Assembly (NCBI GenBank): GCA_016192455.1 | Contig: JACPUC010000014.1 | Span: forward strand, 62,001-120,844 | Source: Candidatus Tectimicrobiota bacterium | Lineage (GTDB): Bacteria; JACPUC01 | Direction of reading: 5' to 3' | Length of the DNA: 58,844 bases | Shown: piece by piece, positions 31,606-40,026 of the stretch | Layout of the letters: every line of letters starts with the position of its first letter | Numbering within the stretch: the stretch's first letter is position 1 | Made by a program: the position numbers and the translations under genes | Notes under the pieces: generated by a model | Told to the model about the DNA's origin: nothing | What the model saw: only the letters and a program-made list of their open reading frames with translations | The model's database searches: none

Positions 31606-32313
31606 TTACCCCAAGATGATGCGGCCATCCGCCACCTTCACGCCGCGCTCGCTGACGAAGACGGGATTGAGGTCCATCTCCTTGATGTCAGGGAAGTCGT
31701 TGAGGAAGCGGGAGATATTCAGCAGCGTCTGCTGCAGGCTGGGGAGGTCGACCGGCGCCCGGCCGCGCGCTCCCGTGAGCAGTGGATAGCCCTTGATCTC
31801 CTCGATCATCTCGCGAGCATCTATGGGCTCGAGGGGGACCAGGCGGTAGGCCACATCTTTATAAATTTCCACAAAGATGCCGCCGATGCCGAACATCATC
31901 ACCTGGCCGAACTGCTCGTCGTTGATCGAGCCGACGATGATCTCTTCGCCCTTGCTCATCTCACCGACGAGGACGCCGCGCACCTCCGCCTTGGGATCGG
32001 CGGCGCGAACGTTCTTCAGGATGGCGTGGTACGCAGCCTCCATTTCCGCCGCGGAGGAGATGCCGATCACCACGCCGCCCGCGTCCGACTTGTGCACCAC
32101 CTGCGGCGAGACGATCTTCGCCACCACCGGGTAGCCGATCTCCGCCGCGGCCTGCTTCGCCTCCTCAACGCTTGTGCAGACGCGCTCCTTCGTCACCGGC
32201 ACGCCGTACGAGGCCATGATCTCCTTCACCTCAGGCTCCAGAACGTAGGAGCGTCCCTCCTTCTGCGCCCGCTTCAGGATGGCAGTGGTTGCCTCTTTGC
32301 TCATGCGTCCCAT
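31606..32313 (-). CDS. ADP-forming acyl-CoA synthetase, stand-alone beta (ATP-grasp) subunit
   Basis: IGYPVVAKIVSPQVVHKSDAGGV, FGIGGIFVE, LLTGARGR and EMDLNP. Confidence 0.9.
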   Translation of the reverse strand: MGRMSKEATTAILKRAQKEGRSYVLEPEVKEIMASYGVPVTKERVCTSVEEAKQAAAEIGYPVVAKIVSPQVVHKSDAGGVVIGISSAAEMEAAYHAILKNVRAADPKAEVRGVLVGEMSKGEEIIVGSINDEQFGQVMMFGIGGIFVEIYKDVAYRLVPLEPIDAREMIEEIKGYPLLTGARGRAPVDLPSLQQTLLNISRFLNDFPDIKEMDLNPVFVSERGVKVADGRIILG

Positions 32314-32434
32314 ACTCCCGTTCCAGATGCAGGGAGAGGATCCCTGCCCGCTCGTTGAGCTCCGCGCTCGACCACGCCGGGAGGAGCTGCCGGCGGCCGC
32401 GCCCTGTCCCCTCCGCCAACCACCGCCAGCAGCC

Positions 32435-33196
32435 TCAGACCAGCGTCAGCAGCCCGCCATCGACGAAGAGGGTCTCGCCCGTGACGTAGGAGGCGTCGTC
32501 GGAGGCCAGGAAGAGAGCCACCCGCGCAATCTCCTCTGGCTTGCCCCAACGCTTCATCGGCACGCGCGCGCGCAAGGGGGTCATGACCGCCTCGTTGCGG
32601 CGCGTCTCCTCGGTCATGGGCGTCTCGATCAGGCCCGGGCCGATGGCATTGACGCGGATGCCATGGGGAGCCAGCTCCTGGGCCATGTAGCGCGTGAGCT
32701 GGATGACGCCGGCCTTCGAGGTGTGGTAGTACGGCCCCAGGTTCGGGTACACCACCTCGCCGGCCGACGAGGCAATGCTCACGATCCGCCCGTCCTTCTG
32801 CTTGATCATGTGCGGCGCCACCGCCTGGGAGAGGAACATGTAGCTCTTCAGGTTGATATCGTGGGTACGGTCCCAGAGGGCCTCCGTGCAGGTCAGGAAC
32901 GTCTCCTTGGGCGAGATGCCGGCGACGTTCATGAGGACGTGGATCTTCCCGAACCTGTCGATGGCCGCCTGCACCAGTTTGCCAAGCTGCGCAAACTGGG
33001 CCACATCCACCTCGTAGGGCAACGCCTTGCGGCCCATCTTCTCGATGTCGCGGCAGGTTGCCTGCACGCCGGCGGCGTTCTTGTCCGCGGCCACCACATC
33101 CGCGCCTTCCTGGGCCAGGTTCAGGGCGATCGCTTTCCCAATCCCCGAGGCGGCTCCCGTCACCAGCGCCACTCGATCGACAAACCGTTGCACCAT
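32435..33196 (-). CDS. Short-chain dehydrogenase/reductase
   Basis: TGAASGIG, NVAG, YHTSK (YxxxK) and IRVNAIGPG. Confidence 0.93.
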   Translation of the reverse strand: MVQRFVDRVALVTGAASGIGKAIALNLAQEGADVVAADKNAAGVQATCRDIEKMGRKALPYEVDVAQFAQLGKLVQAAIDRFGKIHVLMNVAGISPKETFLTCTEALWDRTHDINLKSYMFLSQAVAPHMIKQKDGRIVSIASSAGEVVYPNLGPYYHTSKAGVIQLTRYMAQELAPHGIRVNAIGPGLIETPMTEETRRNEAVMTPLRARVPMKRWGKPEEIARVALFLASDDASYVTGETLFVDGGLLTLV

Positions 33197-33459
33197 TCGC
33201 CCTCCTCATCACGCGCAACCGCCGGAAGACCGCATCCTGCGCGGCCTCGGAACCCGCGCACCTGCCGTTGCACCGCAGCCGAGGCCGCGGCGGAACTGGA
33301 GCGCCCCTCGGACGACTCCTCGCCTCCGCCCCGGCCCGCCGCACGCCAAGACCCGTGCCGCAGACCTTGCCCACCACCTCTCGTGGAGTGGGCGACGCGG
33401 GCGCTCCGCCGCTGGGCTTGCCCGCGCAGCTCCGCCCCGCCGCAAGACGCCATGGTGGC

Positions 33460-33488
33460 ACTCTAGGGCACGGCCGACGTACTGTCAA
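33460..33488 (-). promoter_or_regulatory. Candidate sigma70 promoter for SDR / acyl-CoA synthetase beta
   Basis: TTGACA-N17-TAGAGT. Confidence 0.55.
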
Positions 33489-33642
33489 GCGACCGCCCGC
33501 GCTCCCTCGGTTCGGCGGGGACCTGCCGGCACGCCGCCGCTCCGGCGCCCGCGAGAGCCGGCGCAAGCTCGCCCCCGCGTCTCGGCCTGGCGCGGCTCTC
33601 ACTCAGGCCGCGCGGAGCTCACCTCCCAGCGCCTCACAATCG

Positions 33643-33671
33643 TTGCATTTCCATCCGGCGCCGCCTACAAT
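33643..33671 (+). promoter_or_regulatory. Candidate sigma70 promoter for the small basic ORF
   Basis: TTGCAT-N17-TACAAT. Confidence 0.6.
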
Positions 33672-33758
33672 GTGATGGTGGCAGAGCGACGAGGTCGTCT
33701 CCTCCTCCTAACCTTGCAGAATTGACCGGGAACCACGAGTCAGACGAGAAAGAATGCC

Positions 33759-33890
33759 ATGGCCTCCAATTCGAAACGGACCGTACGACGCCGGCGAAAC
33801 AAGCTGAAGAAGCAAGGCAAAGCGCGCCTGCGCGAGCTTCGCAAACGTCCCCCACGCACGCTCCCCCTCGACGAAGCGGAGAAGCAGTAG
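33759..33890 (+). CDS. Small highly basic protein, 43 aa (MASNSKRTVRRRRNKLKKQGKARLRELRKRPPRTLPLDEAEKQ), absent from the ORF track
   Basis: ATG..TAG in frame; purine-rich GAGAAAGA upstream; own promoter; Lys/Asn content unlike GC-rich shadow ORFs. Confidence 0.7.
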   Translation: MASNSKRTVRRRRNKLKKQGKARLRELRKRPPRTLPLDEAEKQ

Positions 33891-33938
33891 CCCCTTCCCA
33901 CCCGTTGCTCCGCTGGCAGACGGCTCGGCGACTGCGCC

Positions 33939-34697
33939 ATGAAGGTAGTGCGCCTCCTCCTCTTCATCACCATGGGGCTGCTGCTCGTGATGGTGAGCTA
34001 CCTCCTCCAGCGCGGCCTGGGGCCGACCTTCGACATCCTGCGCACGAGCCGTCAGCGCACTTTCCAGGCAACCCGGCTGAGCACGCTCGTGGCTCGTCAC
34101 TACGCTGGGAAGCGACTCCTCTCCGTCCTCCGCGCCGAGCACGCGCAGCTTGCGTCGAGCCCGGGATCGGCATTGCCCGACGCCCCGGAACGCGGCGACG
34201 AGGCCCCGCCGCGGCGGGGCCTCCTGCGGGGCGTGAGCATTGAGCTGCAGGCGACGCCACGGGCGCCCCACAACTCGGCGCAGGGTGAGGCGGTCGCAGG
34301 TTCGCCCGCCGCCCTCCAACTCTGGGATGTGCGCGACGCGAGCATGGGGCGCTGGAGCGCGCTGGACTTCCTGGACCTCCTTGAGGTGGAGGTGCGCGTG
34401 CTCGACGGCAAGGAGGAGCGCGCCCACCTCACGAGCTCGCAAGGCATCCTCGCCGTCGGCGCTTCCCGCCTCACCTTGCGCAGCAACGTCGAGCTGCGCT
34501 CCGGCGCCAGGGTGCTGCGCGCCGCGGAAGCCGTGTGGGACGGCTTGACCGGCAGCCTGCACATTCCCGGAGCCTTTACCTTGGAAGGCGCCCATGGCAT
34601 GATTCGCGGTCGCAACTTGAAGTCCGATCTCACCCTCTCACGCCTGCAGTTCCTGCCTGCCGCGGCGGCGCCCGACGCCGCGCCGGCGCCACAGTGA
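33939..34697 (+). CDS. Membrane-anchored LptC/OstA-like beta-jellyroll protein
   Basis: Single N-terminal TM helix; C-terminal LTSSQGIL..LTLRSNVEL..LRAAEAVWD..IRGRNLKSDL resembles LptC. Confidence 0.55.
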   Translation: MKVVRLLLFITMGLLLVMVSYLLQRGLGPTFDILRTSRQRTFQATRLSTLVARHYAGKRLLSVLRAEHAQLASSPGSALPDAPERGDEAPPRRGLLRGVSIELQATPRAPHNSAQGEAVAGSPAALQLWDVRDASMGRWSALDFLDLLEVEVRVLDGKEERAHLTSSQGILAVGASRLTLRSNVELRSGARVLRAAEAVWDGLTGSLHIPGAFTLEGAHGMIRGRNLKSDLTLSRLQFLPAAAAPDAAPAPQ

Positions 34698-34938
34698 GCG
34701 CGCCACCCACGAGGTGAGGCGCCGCTCGCGCGCGAACCGCGGCGCGCCATGCCTGAGCGCCATCCGAGTACGCGCCGCGCCGGGCACGTCCGCGGGCGAG
34801 GGGGAGGCGCCGGCAGAGGGTGGGGGCGGGCCAGGCGGCGGCTCGCCGCCCGCCTCGCTCATCCTGGCGCCGCGCTCCGCCCCCGTGGCAAGGCCTCGAA
34901 CCAGCCGCTCATCGACCGGCAACCTGGGAGCCTCTCGG

Positions 34939-35439
34939 ATGTGGACCTCAACGCTCATCATCAGCGCGCTTGCCGCCATTGCCGCCGCCCTGGCCTACCT
35001 GCGGAACCCCCAGCTCTGCGCCGAGGGGCTGCGCAACGGCGGGACGGTTCTGGCCCAGGCGGCGCCCCGCATGGTGCCGGCATTCATCCTGGCGGGGATG
35101 ATCCAGGTGCTCCTGCCGCGGGACTTCATCTCCAAGTGGGTGGGGAGTGAATCGGGCTTCATGGGTATCCTGATCGGCACCGCCGCGGGGGCCATGACGC
35201 CAGGCGGACCATACACGCACTTCCCGATCGTGGCCTCGCTCTATGGAGCCGGCGCGGATGTCGCCCCCCTCGTCGCCTATCTCACCTCCTGGTCCGTCCT
35301 CGGCATCAATCGGATCATCACCTGGGAGGTGCCGATCCTGGGGCCGCGGATTGCCCTCATCCGCATTGTCGCCAGCGTGCTGCTGCCTTTCATTGCGGGC
35401 GGTCTGGCGAAGCTCCTCATGCGGCTTCCCAGCCTCTAG
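34939..35439 (+). CDS. Predicted permease (ArsP/DUF318-like half-size membrane protein)
   Basis: AFILAGMIQVLLP..ISKWVG.ESG and GAMTPGGPY..FP; GGGAG before ATG 34939. Confidence 0.75.
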   Translation: MWTSTLIISALAAIAAALAYLRNPQLCAEGLRNGGTVLAQAAPRMVPAFILAGMIQVLLPRDFISKWVGSESGFMGILIGTAAGAMTPGGPYTHFPIVASLYGAGADVAPLVAYLTSWSVLGINRIITWEVPILGPRIALIRIVASVLLPFIAGGLAKLLMRLPSL

Positions 35440-35477
35440 GTCGTAGCTGGCCCTTCCTCCGCCGCGGAGGCTTTCGT

Positions 35478-37235
35478 ATGAAGCGGTTCCTTCGGCGCCT
35501 CGCCATCGCTGCTGTTTCCTGGCTGGTGGTGCTGGCCATCGGCTACCTCGTTCTCTACGTTCTCTTCCTCGCGCCACCGCGCATTGCTGATCACTCCATC
35601 CTGCACGTCGCGCTGGCGGGCGACTTGCCCGAGGAGCCGACCTCCAGCATGGTCGCGCGCCTGCTGCGGCCGGAGGAGCTGAGCCTGGCGGACGTGCTCG
35701 ACAGCCTGCGCCTGGCGCAGCGCGACCCGCGCATCGAGGCGGTTTTCCTGGAGATCGGCGACCTGCAAACGGGATGGGCCAAGGTGGAAGAGGTCTCTGA
35801 GGCCCTCGACTCCCTGCGCCGGGCAGGGAAGTTCATCGCCGCGTTCCTGCCAACCGCCGAGGAGAAGGAGTATCTCCTCGCCAGCGCCGCCGACCACGTC
35901 TCCCTGGCTCCCGCGGGGCACCTCCTGCTGAACGGACTCACCGCCTCGGTGACCTTCCTGCGCGACCTGCTGGCCAAGGTGGGGATTCAACCGACCATTG
36001 TCAGGATCGGGCAGTACAAGACCGCGGCAGACCCCCTCGTGCGCAGCAGCATGTCGCCGGCGGAGCGTGAGCAGCTCGGGGCGAACCTCGATGATGTCTT
36101 CGAGCGCTTCCTCGAGCGCGTTGCCGAGCGTCGCGGCCTCAGCTCGCGGGATGTCCTGCAATTCGTGAACGCCGGCAGCTACCGCCCCGAGCCGGCTCTC
36201 GGGGCGCGCCTCATCGATGCCGTGGAGTACCACGACCAGGTGCTGGCACGCCTCGGACAGCGTCTGGGACGCGCCGATCCGCGCGCCGCGCTGGTGCCGC
36301 TCGCCGTCTACCGGCGCGCCCCCCCCGCTGTTCCCGGCCCTGCGCCCCGCCGCACCGTGGCGATCGTCTACGGCTCCGGCATCATCGTCAGCGGCAAGCG
36401 ATCGTTCGCCCCGGGTGTGGGTAAGCTGCTGGGAGCCGACAGCTTTGCGGAGACGCTCCAGCGGGCGGCGAGGGATGAGACGGTGGCGGCGATCATCGTT
36501 CGGCTTGACAGCCCCGGCGGCTCGGCTCTGGCCTCCGATCTCCTCTGGCGGGACATCCACCGGGCGCGGCAGCGCAAACCGGTCGTCGCCTCGATGTCCG
36601 ACGTGGCGGCGTCGGGTGGCTACTACCTGGCCATGGCAGCGGAGCGGATCGTCGCCCAGCCGTCAACCCTGACCGGCTCCATCGGCATCCTGGCGGCGAA
36701 GCTGAACAACCAGGATCTCTACCAACGCCTGGGCATCTCTCGAGAGGTCCTGGCGCGCGGCACGTACGCCGCCGCGGAGGATGAGAGCCGCCCGTTCACC
36801 AAGGAGGAGCTGGAGCAGTTCCGCCGCGATATCGAACGCGGCTACGCGATCTTCGCCCAGAAAGCGGCGCAGGACCGCGGCATGAGCCTCGAAGCGCTCG
36901 ATGCCGTGGCGCAGGGGCGCGTTTGGACCGGGAAGCTTGCCTACGCGGTGGGGCTGGTGGACGTGCTCGGGGGGCTGCAGGAGGCCGTGGCGGAAGCCAA
37001 GCGGCTGGCGAAAATCCCGCCGGACGAGACGGTTCGGCTGGTGACGTTCGCCCCGCCCGAACCGCTCCTCCAGTCGCTTCTGCTGGAGAACCTGACAGTG
37101 AGCCGCCTTGCTGGGGCGCTGCTGCCCATTGTGTCAGAGGGCGCGTGGCGGGCGCTTGGAAGCGTGCCGCGCCTGCTGGCAAACCTGCTCCGGGAGCCGC
37201 TGGCGCTCATGCCGGTGTGGGTGGAGATTGACTGA
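35478..37235 (+). CDS. sppA: Signal peptide peptidase SppA (67K type)
   Basis: GQYKTA, RLDSPGGS, DVAASGGYY, TLTGSIGI and AQGRVWTG. Confidence 0.95.
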   Translation: MKRFLRRLAIAAVSWLVVLAIGYLVLYVLFLAPPRIADHSILHVALAGDLPEEPTSSMVARLLRPEELSLADVLDSLRLAQRDPRIEAVFLEIGDLQTGWAKVEEVSEALDSLRRAGKFIAAFLPTAEEKEYLLASAADHVSLAPAGHLLLNGLTASVTFLRDLLAKVGIQPTIVRIGQYKTAADPLVRSSMSPAEREQLGANLDDVFERFLERVAERRGLSSRDVLQFVNAGSYRPEPALGARLIDAVEYHDQVLARLGQRLGRADPRAALVPLAVYRRAPPAVPGPAPRRTVAIVYGSGIIVSGKRSFAPGVGKLLGADSFAETLQRAARDETVAAIIVRLDSPGGSALASDLLWRDIHRARQRKPVVASMSDVAASGGYYLAMAAERIVAQPSTLTGSIGILAAKLNNQDLYQRLGISREVLARGTYAAAEDESRPFTKEELEQFRRDIERGYAIFAQKAAQDRGMSLEALDAVAQGRVWTGKLAYAVGLVDVLGGLQEAVAEAKRLAKIPPDETVRLVTFAPPEPLLQSLLLENLTVSRLAGALLPIVSEGAWRALGSVPRLLANLLREPLALMPVWVEID

Positions 37236-37385
37236 GGCGGCAAGGGGGTGGTTTGCGGGTCTTCCTTGAATGGAGATGAATGTGCGCCCCTATCACTGGC
37301 TCGAAAAAAGGCGCTTACGTGGTTGATTGCACTACATTGCAGGTTTGGCAGTGTGCGTGTCACAACGGACGGGATGTGCAGAGCC

Positions 37386-37450
37386 GTAGGGGCGGGGCTT
37401 GCCCCGCCCGCTGAGCCGCCACGCTGGGGCGCGGCAAGCGGCGCCCCTAC
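37386..37450. repeat. GTAG-type REP doublet in inverted orientation
   Basis: GTAGGGGCGGGGCTTGCCCCGCCC ... GGGCGCGGCAAGCGGCGCCCCTAC. Confidence 0.75.
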
Positions 37451-37503
37451 ACCCAGGATGCCGGATGCTCGACATGTAAAGATGGTCGCTCCCTGTACCC
37501 CGC

Positions 37504-37548
37504 ATTTTCATCTCTTCGCGGGTGGGCCGAAGGCCCATGGGGAACTGC
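37504..37548. repeat. 45-bp direct repeat, copy 1 (GGGCCGAAGGCCC hairpin core)
   Basis: 39/45 identical to 37847-37891 by manual alignment. Confidence 0.85.
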
Positions 37549-37623
37549 ATAGAAAAAAGAACCCCCAAGTGATTGATTTCACGCGATGGTGAGGCTGACG
37601 GTCGCGCGGCCGGTGTTCTTCAC

Positions 37624-37762
37624 CTCCGCGCCCTCTGCACCTCTGCGGTTCAATGGAGTGCACCGCAGAGGCGCAGAGAACGCGGAGAAGGAAGGAGAAG
37701 GAACCACAGATGGACGCGGGTTCACAAAGATATCAGTGTCCATCCGTCTTCATCAGTGGTTC
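37624..37762. repeat. Two adjacent inverted-repeat pairs
   Basis: 37624-37649 vs 37662-37687 (ACCGCAGAGGCGCAGAGAACGCGGAG, 23/26 complementary); 37701-37712 vs 37751-37762 (GAACCACAGATG, 11/12). Confidence 0.75.
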
Positions 37763-37776
37763 TTTGCATCCCGCTG

Positions 37777-37804
37777 GTAGGGGCGGTTCGCGAACCGCCC
37801 CTAC
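37777..37804. repeat. Perfect 28-bp GTAG-type REP palindrome
   Basis: GTAGGGGCGGTTCG|CGAACCGCCCCTAC. Confidence 0.85.
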
Positions 37805-37846
37805 GGTCGAGAGCATGGATGCCTGCCGAGAAAGAAGTGTCCTCTT

Positions 37847-37891
37847 ATTTTCATGACCTTGCGGGCGGGCCGAAGGCCCATGTGGAACTGC
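37847..37891. repeat. 45-bp direct repeat, copy 2
   Basis: ATTTTCATGACCTTGCGGGCGGGCCGAAGGCCCATGTGGAACTGC matches 37504-37548. Confidence 0.85.
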
Positions 37892-37921
37892 CGCAGAATT
37901 TTCCGCAACGCTCCCGTAGAA

Positions 37922-38680
37922 TCAGAAGACGAAGAGGTCCATCCCCCCCATGAGTGGGATGCAGGCGCCGGTGATGTAGCGGGCCTTCTCCGAGCAGAGG
38001 AAGGCCGTCAGGTGCGCCACGTCGATCGGCTCGCCGGGCTTCTGCATGGCGATGCGCCGGGTGATGCGCTCGCGCATCTTGTCGGGAATCTTGAAGAACG
38101 GCGGGGTGGTGACGACGCCGATGGCGATGCAGTTGCAGGTCACCCCGGCGCGCGCCCCTTCCAGGGCGGTGGTCTTCGTCAGCCCGATGACGCCGGCCTT
38201 GGTGGCGGAGTAGCTCACCTGCCCGAAGCCGCCCAGCGTTCCCGCCACGGAGGAGATGTTGATGATGCGGCCCCACTGGTTCCTCACCATCTCGGGCAGG
38301 ACGGCGCGGGTGGTGTAGAAGCTGCCCCAGAGGTTGATCTTCTGGTCGATCTCCCACATCTCGTCACTAAAACCTGCGAGCTGCCCCATGGTGTCGAGCT
38401 TTGCCGCGTTGTTGACGAGGATATCGGCGCAGCGGCCCCAGTCTTTCTTCACCTTCTCGAAGCAGGCGTTCACCTCCGCCGAGTTGCTGACGTCGAGCTT
38501 CACGACCTGCACCTTGCGGCCCGCGCCCTTCACCTTGTCGGCCACCTCCTGAGCCTTGTCGAGCCGGACATCGGCCAGGATGAGATCGGCCCCTTCCGCC
38601 GTGAAGACCATGGCATCGGCCTCGCTGATGCCGCCCCCGCCCCCGGTGATGAATGCCAGCTTCCCGTCGAGTAGTCCCAT
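37922..38680 (-). CDS. Short-chain dehydrogenase/reductase (FabG-like)
   Basis: TGGGGGI, LVNNA, INISSVAG and YSATKAG. Confidence 0.93.
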   Translation of the reverse strand: MGLLDGKLAFITGGGGGISEADAMVFTAEGADLILADVRLDKAQEVADKVKGAGRKVQVVKLDVSNSAEVNACFEKVKKDWGRCADILVNNAAKLDTMGQLAGFSDEMWEIDQKINLWGSFYTTRAVLPEMVRNQWGRIINISSVAGTLGGFGQVSYSATKAGVIGLTKTTALEGARAGVTCNCIAIGVVTTPPFFKIPDKMRERITRRIAMQKPGEPIDVAHLTAFLCSEKARYITGACIPLMGGMDLFVF

Positions 38681-38695
38681 GGTGGTTCCTCCGCT

Positions 38696-39943
38696 TCAGT
38701 CGGTGTAATCGAGCAGGAAACGTCGCAGGCGTTCCAACGCCTGGAGGGCAACGCGGTGCTTGATGAAGGGGATCGGCCCCCCATAAGTGTCGTCACGGCA
38801 GGAGGCGCCGTGGGCCGCGGCGATGGCGGTGTAGGTGCGGGCCAGGTAGCGGTCGCGCGGCGAGCCGTCATCCTCGAGGCTGCCGAGCACGCAGAGGGCG
38901 AGGTCCGCGCCGCTGCGCCGGCGCAGGGCCGCGGCGAGGGCTTCGGCAACCTCGCGGCTAGAGTCGCCGAACTCGGCGTAAAGCTGCTCCGGCACCTCGA
39001 GGGCGCGCCGTTGCGCGGCGGGTCGCGCCGCGATGATCGTCTCATGGAGGAACGGTTCGGCCTGCCGGGCGCTGTGCAGGCGCTGACTGAGGCCGCCGGC
39101 GCTGAGCGTCTCGAGGAGCGCCAGGCTCAGCTTGCGCTCCGCCAAGAGCCCCGCCACGACCTCCTCGATGGTTTCCGCATCGGCGCCGTAGACCTTCTCC
39201 CCCAGGCGCCGGCGCACCTCCCCCTCGACCGGGGCGATGAGCTGCCGGGCCTCGAGCTCATCCTCGCCGCGGGCGGTGATGCGCACTTCAATGCCGTCCT
39301 GCTTGGCCAGGATGCCGACCGTCGGGTTCGGCCCCATGCTGAGGAGGTCGTGAATCTGCGCGTCGACGTGGCTCTCGCCGATGCCGACGAGCTTGAGGGT
39401 GCGCGTCACCAAGGTGGCCCGGATGCCGCAGTGCTCCTGCAGGAAGGGCAGCACGACGTGGTGCATGAGGTGCTTCATCTCGTGCGGCACGCCGGGCAGG
39501 GCCACGACGTAGGCGTCGCCAACCTTCACGATGAAGCCCGGCGCCGTGCCGACGGGGTTGTGGATGGCCTCGCTGCCGCGTGGGATGAAGGCCTGCTTGC
39601 GGTTGTTCGGCGTGAGCTTGAAGTTGCGCTTGCGGAACATCGCCTCGATCTCGTCGAGGAGGTCCTGACGGAACTCCAGCTTCACGCCCGCGGCCTCGGC
39701 CGCGGCGGCGCGGGTGACGTCGTCCACCGTCGGCCCGATGCCGCCCGTGGTGATGACGAGGTCGGAGCGTGACGCCGCCGCCCGCAGGACGTCACGCAGA
39801 CGGACCTGGTTGTCCCCCACCGAGGTCTTCTGGTAGACGTTGATGCCGAGCTGCTTGAGCTGCTGCGCCAGGTAGGCGGAATTCGTATCGACGAGGTCGC
39901 CGAGCAAAATTTCCGAGCCGACCGAGACGATTTCAGCGCGCAT
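38696..39943 (-). CDS. cinA: CinA-family protein (MocF-like N-domain plus degenerate PncC-like C-domain)
   Basis: MRAEIVSVGSEILLG..DTNS, TTGGIGPTVDDVT, NPVGTAPG, LPGVPHEM and GIGES. Confidence 0.9.
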   Translation of the reverse strand: MRAEIVSVGSEILLGDLVDTNSAYLAQQLKQLGINVYQKTSVGDNQVRLRDVLRAAASRSDLVITTGGIGPTVDDVTRAAAAEAAGVKLEFRQDLLDEIEAMFRKRNFKLTPNNRKQAFIPRGSEAIHNPVGTAPGFIVKVGDAYVVALPGVPHEMKHLMHHVVLPFLQEHCGIRATLVTRTLKLVGIGESHVDAQIHDLLSMGPNPTVGILAKQDGIEVRITARGEDELEARQLIAPVEGEVRRRLGEKVYGADAETIEEVVAGLLAERKLSLALLETLSAGGLSQRLHSARQAEPFLHETIIAARPAAQRRALEVPEQLYAEFGDSSREVAEALAAALRRRSGADLALCVLGSLEDDGSPRDRYLARTYTAIAAAHGASCRDDTYGGPIPFIKHRVALQALERLRRFLLDYTD

Positions 39944-40026
39944 CGTTCTCACATACTCGAGGGGCGCGGCATCGCCGCCCCTTCACAGGTCTCGCGGCCG
40001 CACCCACTGCCGCCGCGGGCACAGGG

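Noticed and set aside
34714-34938. N-terminal extension of the permease, or a second permease half
   Set aside because: Gly/Pro/Arg low-complexity sequence without hydrophobic helices; the RBS supports ATG 34939.
37504-37891. Possible CRISPR array (45-bp repeats with a hairpin)
   Set aside because: Only two copies about 300 nt apart, the intervening DNA is itself repetitive, and there are no cas genes.
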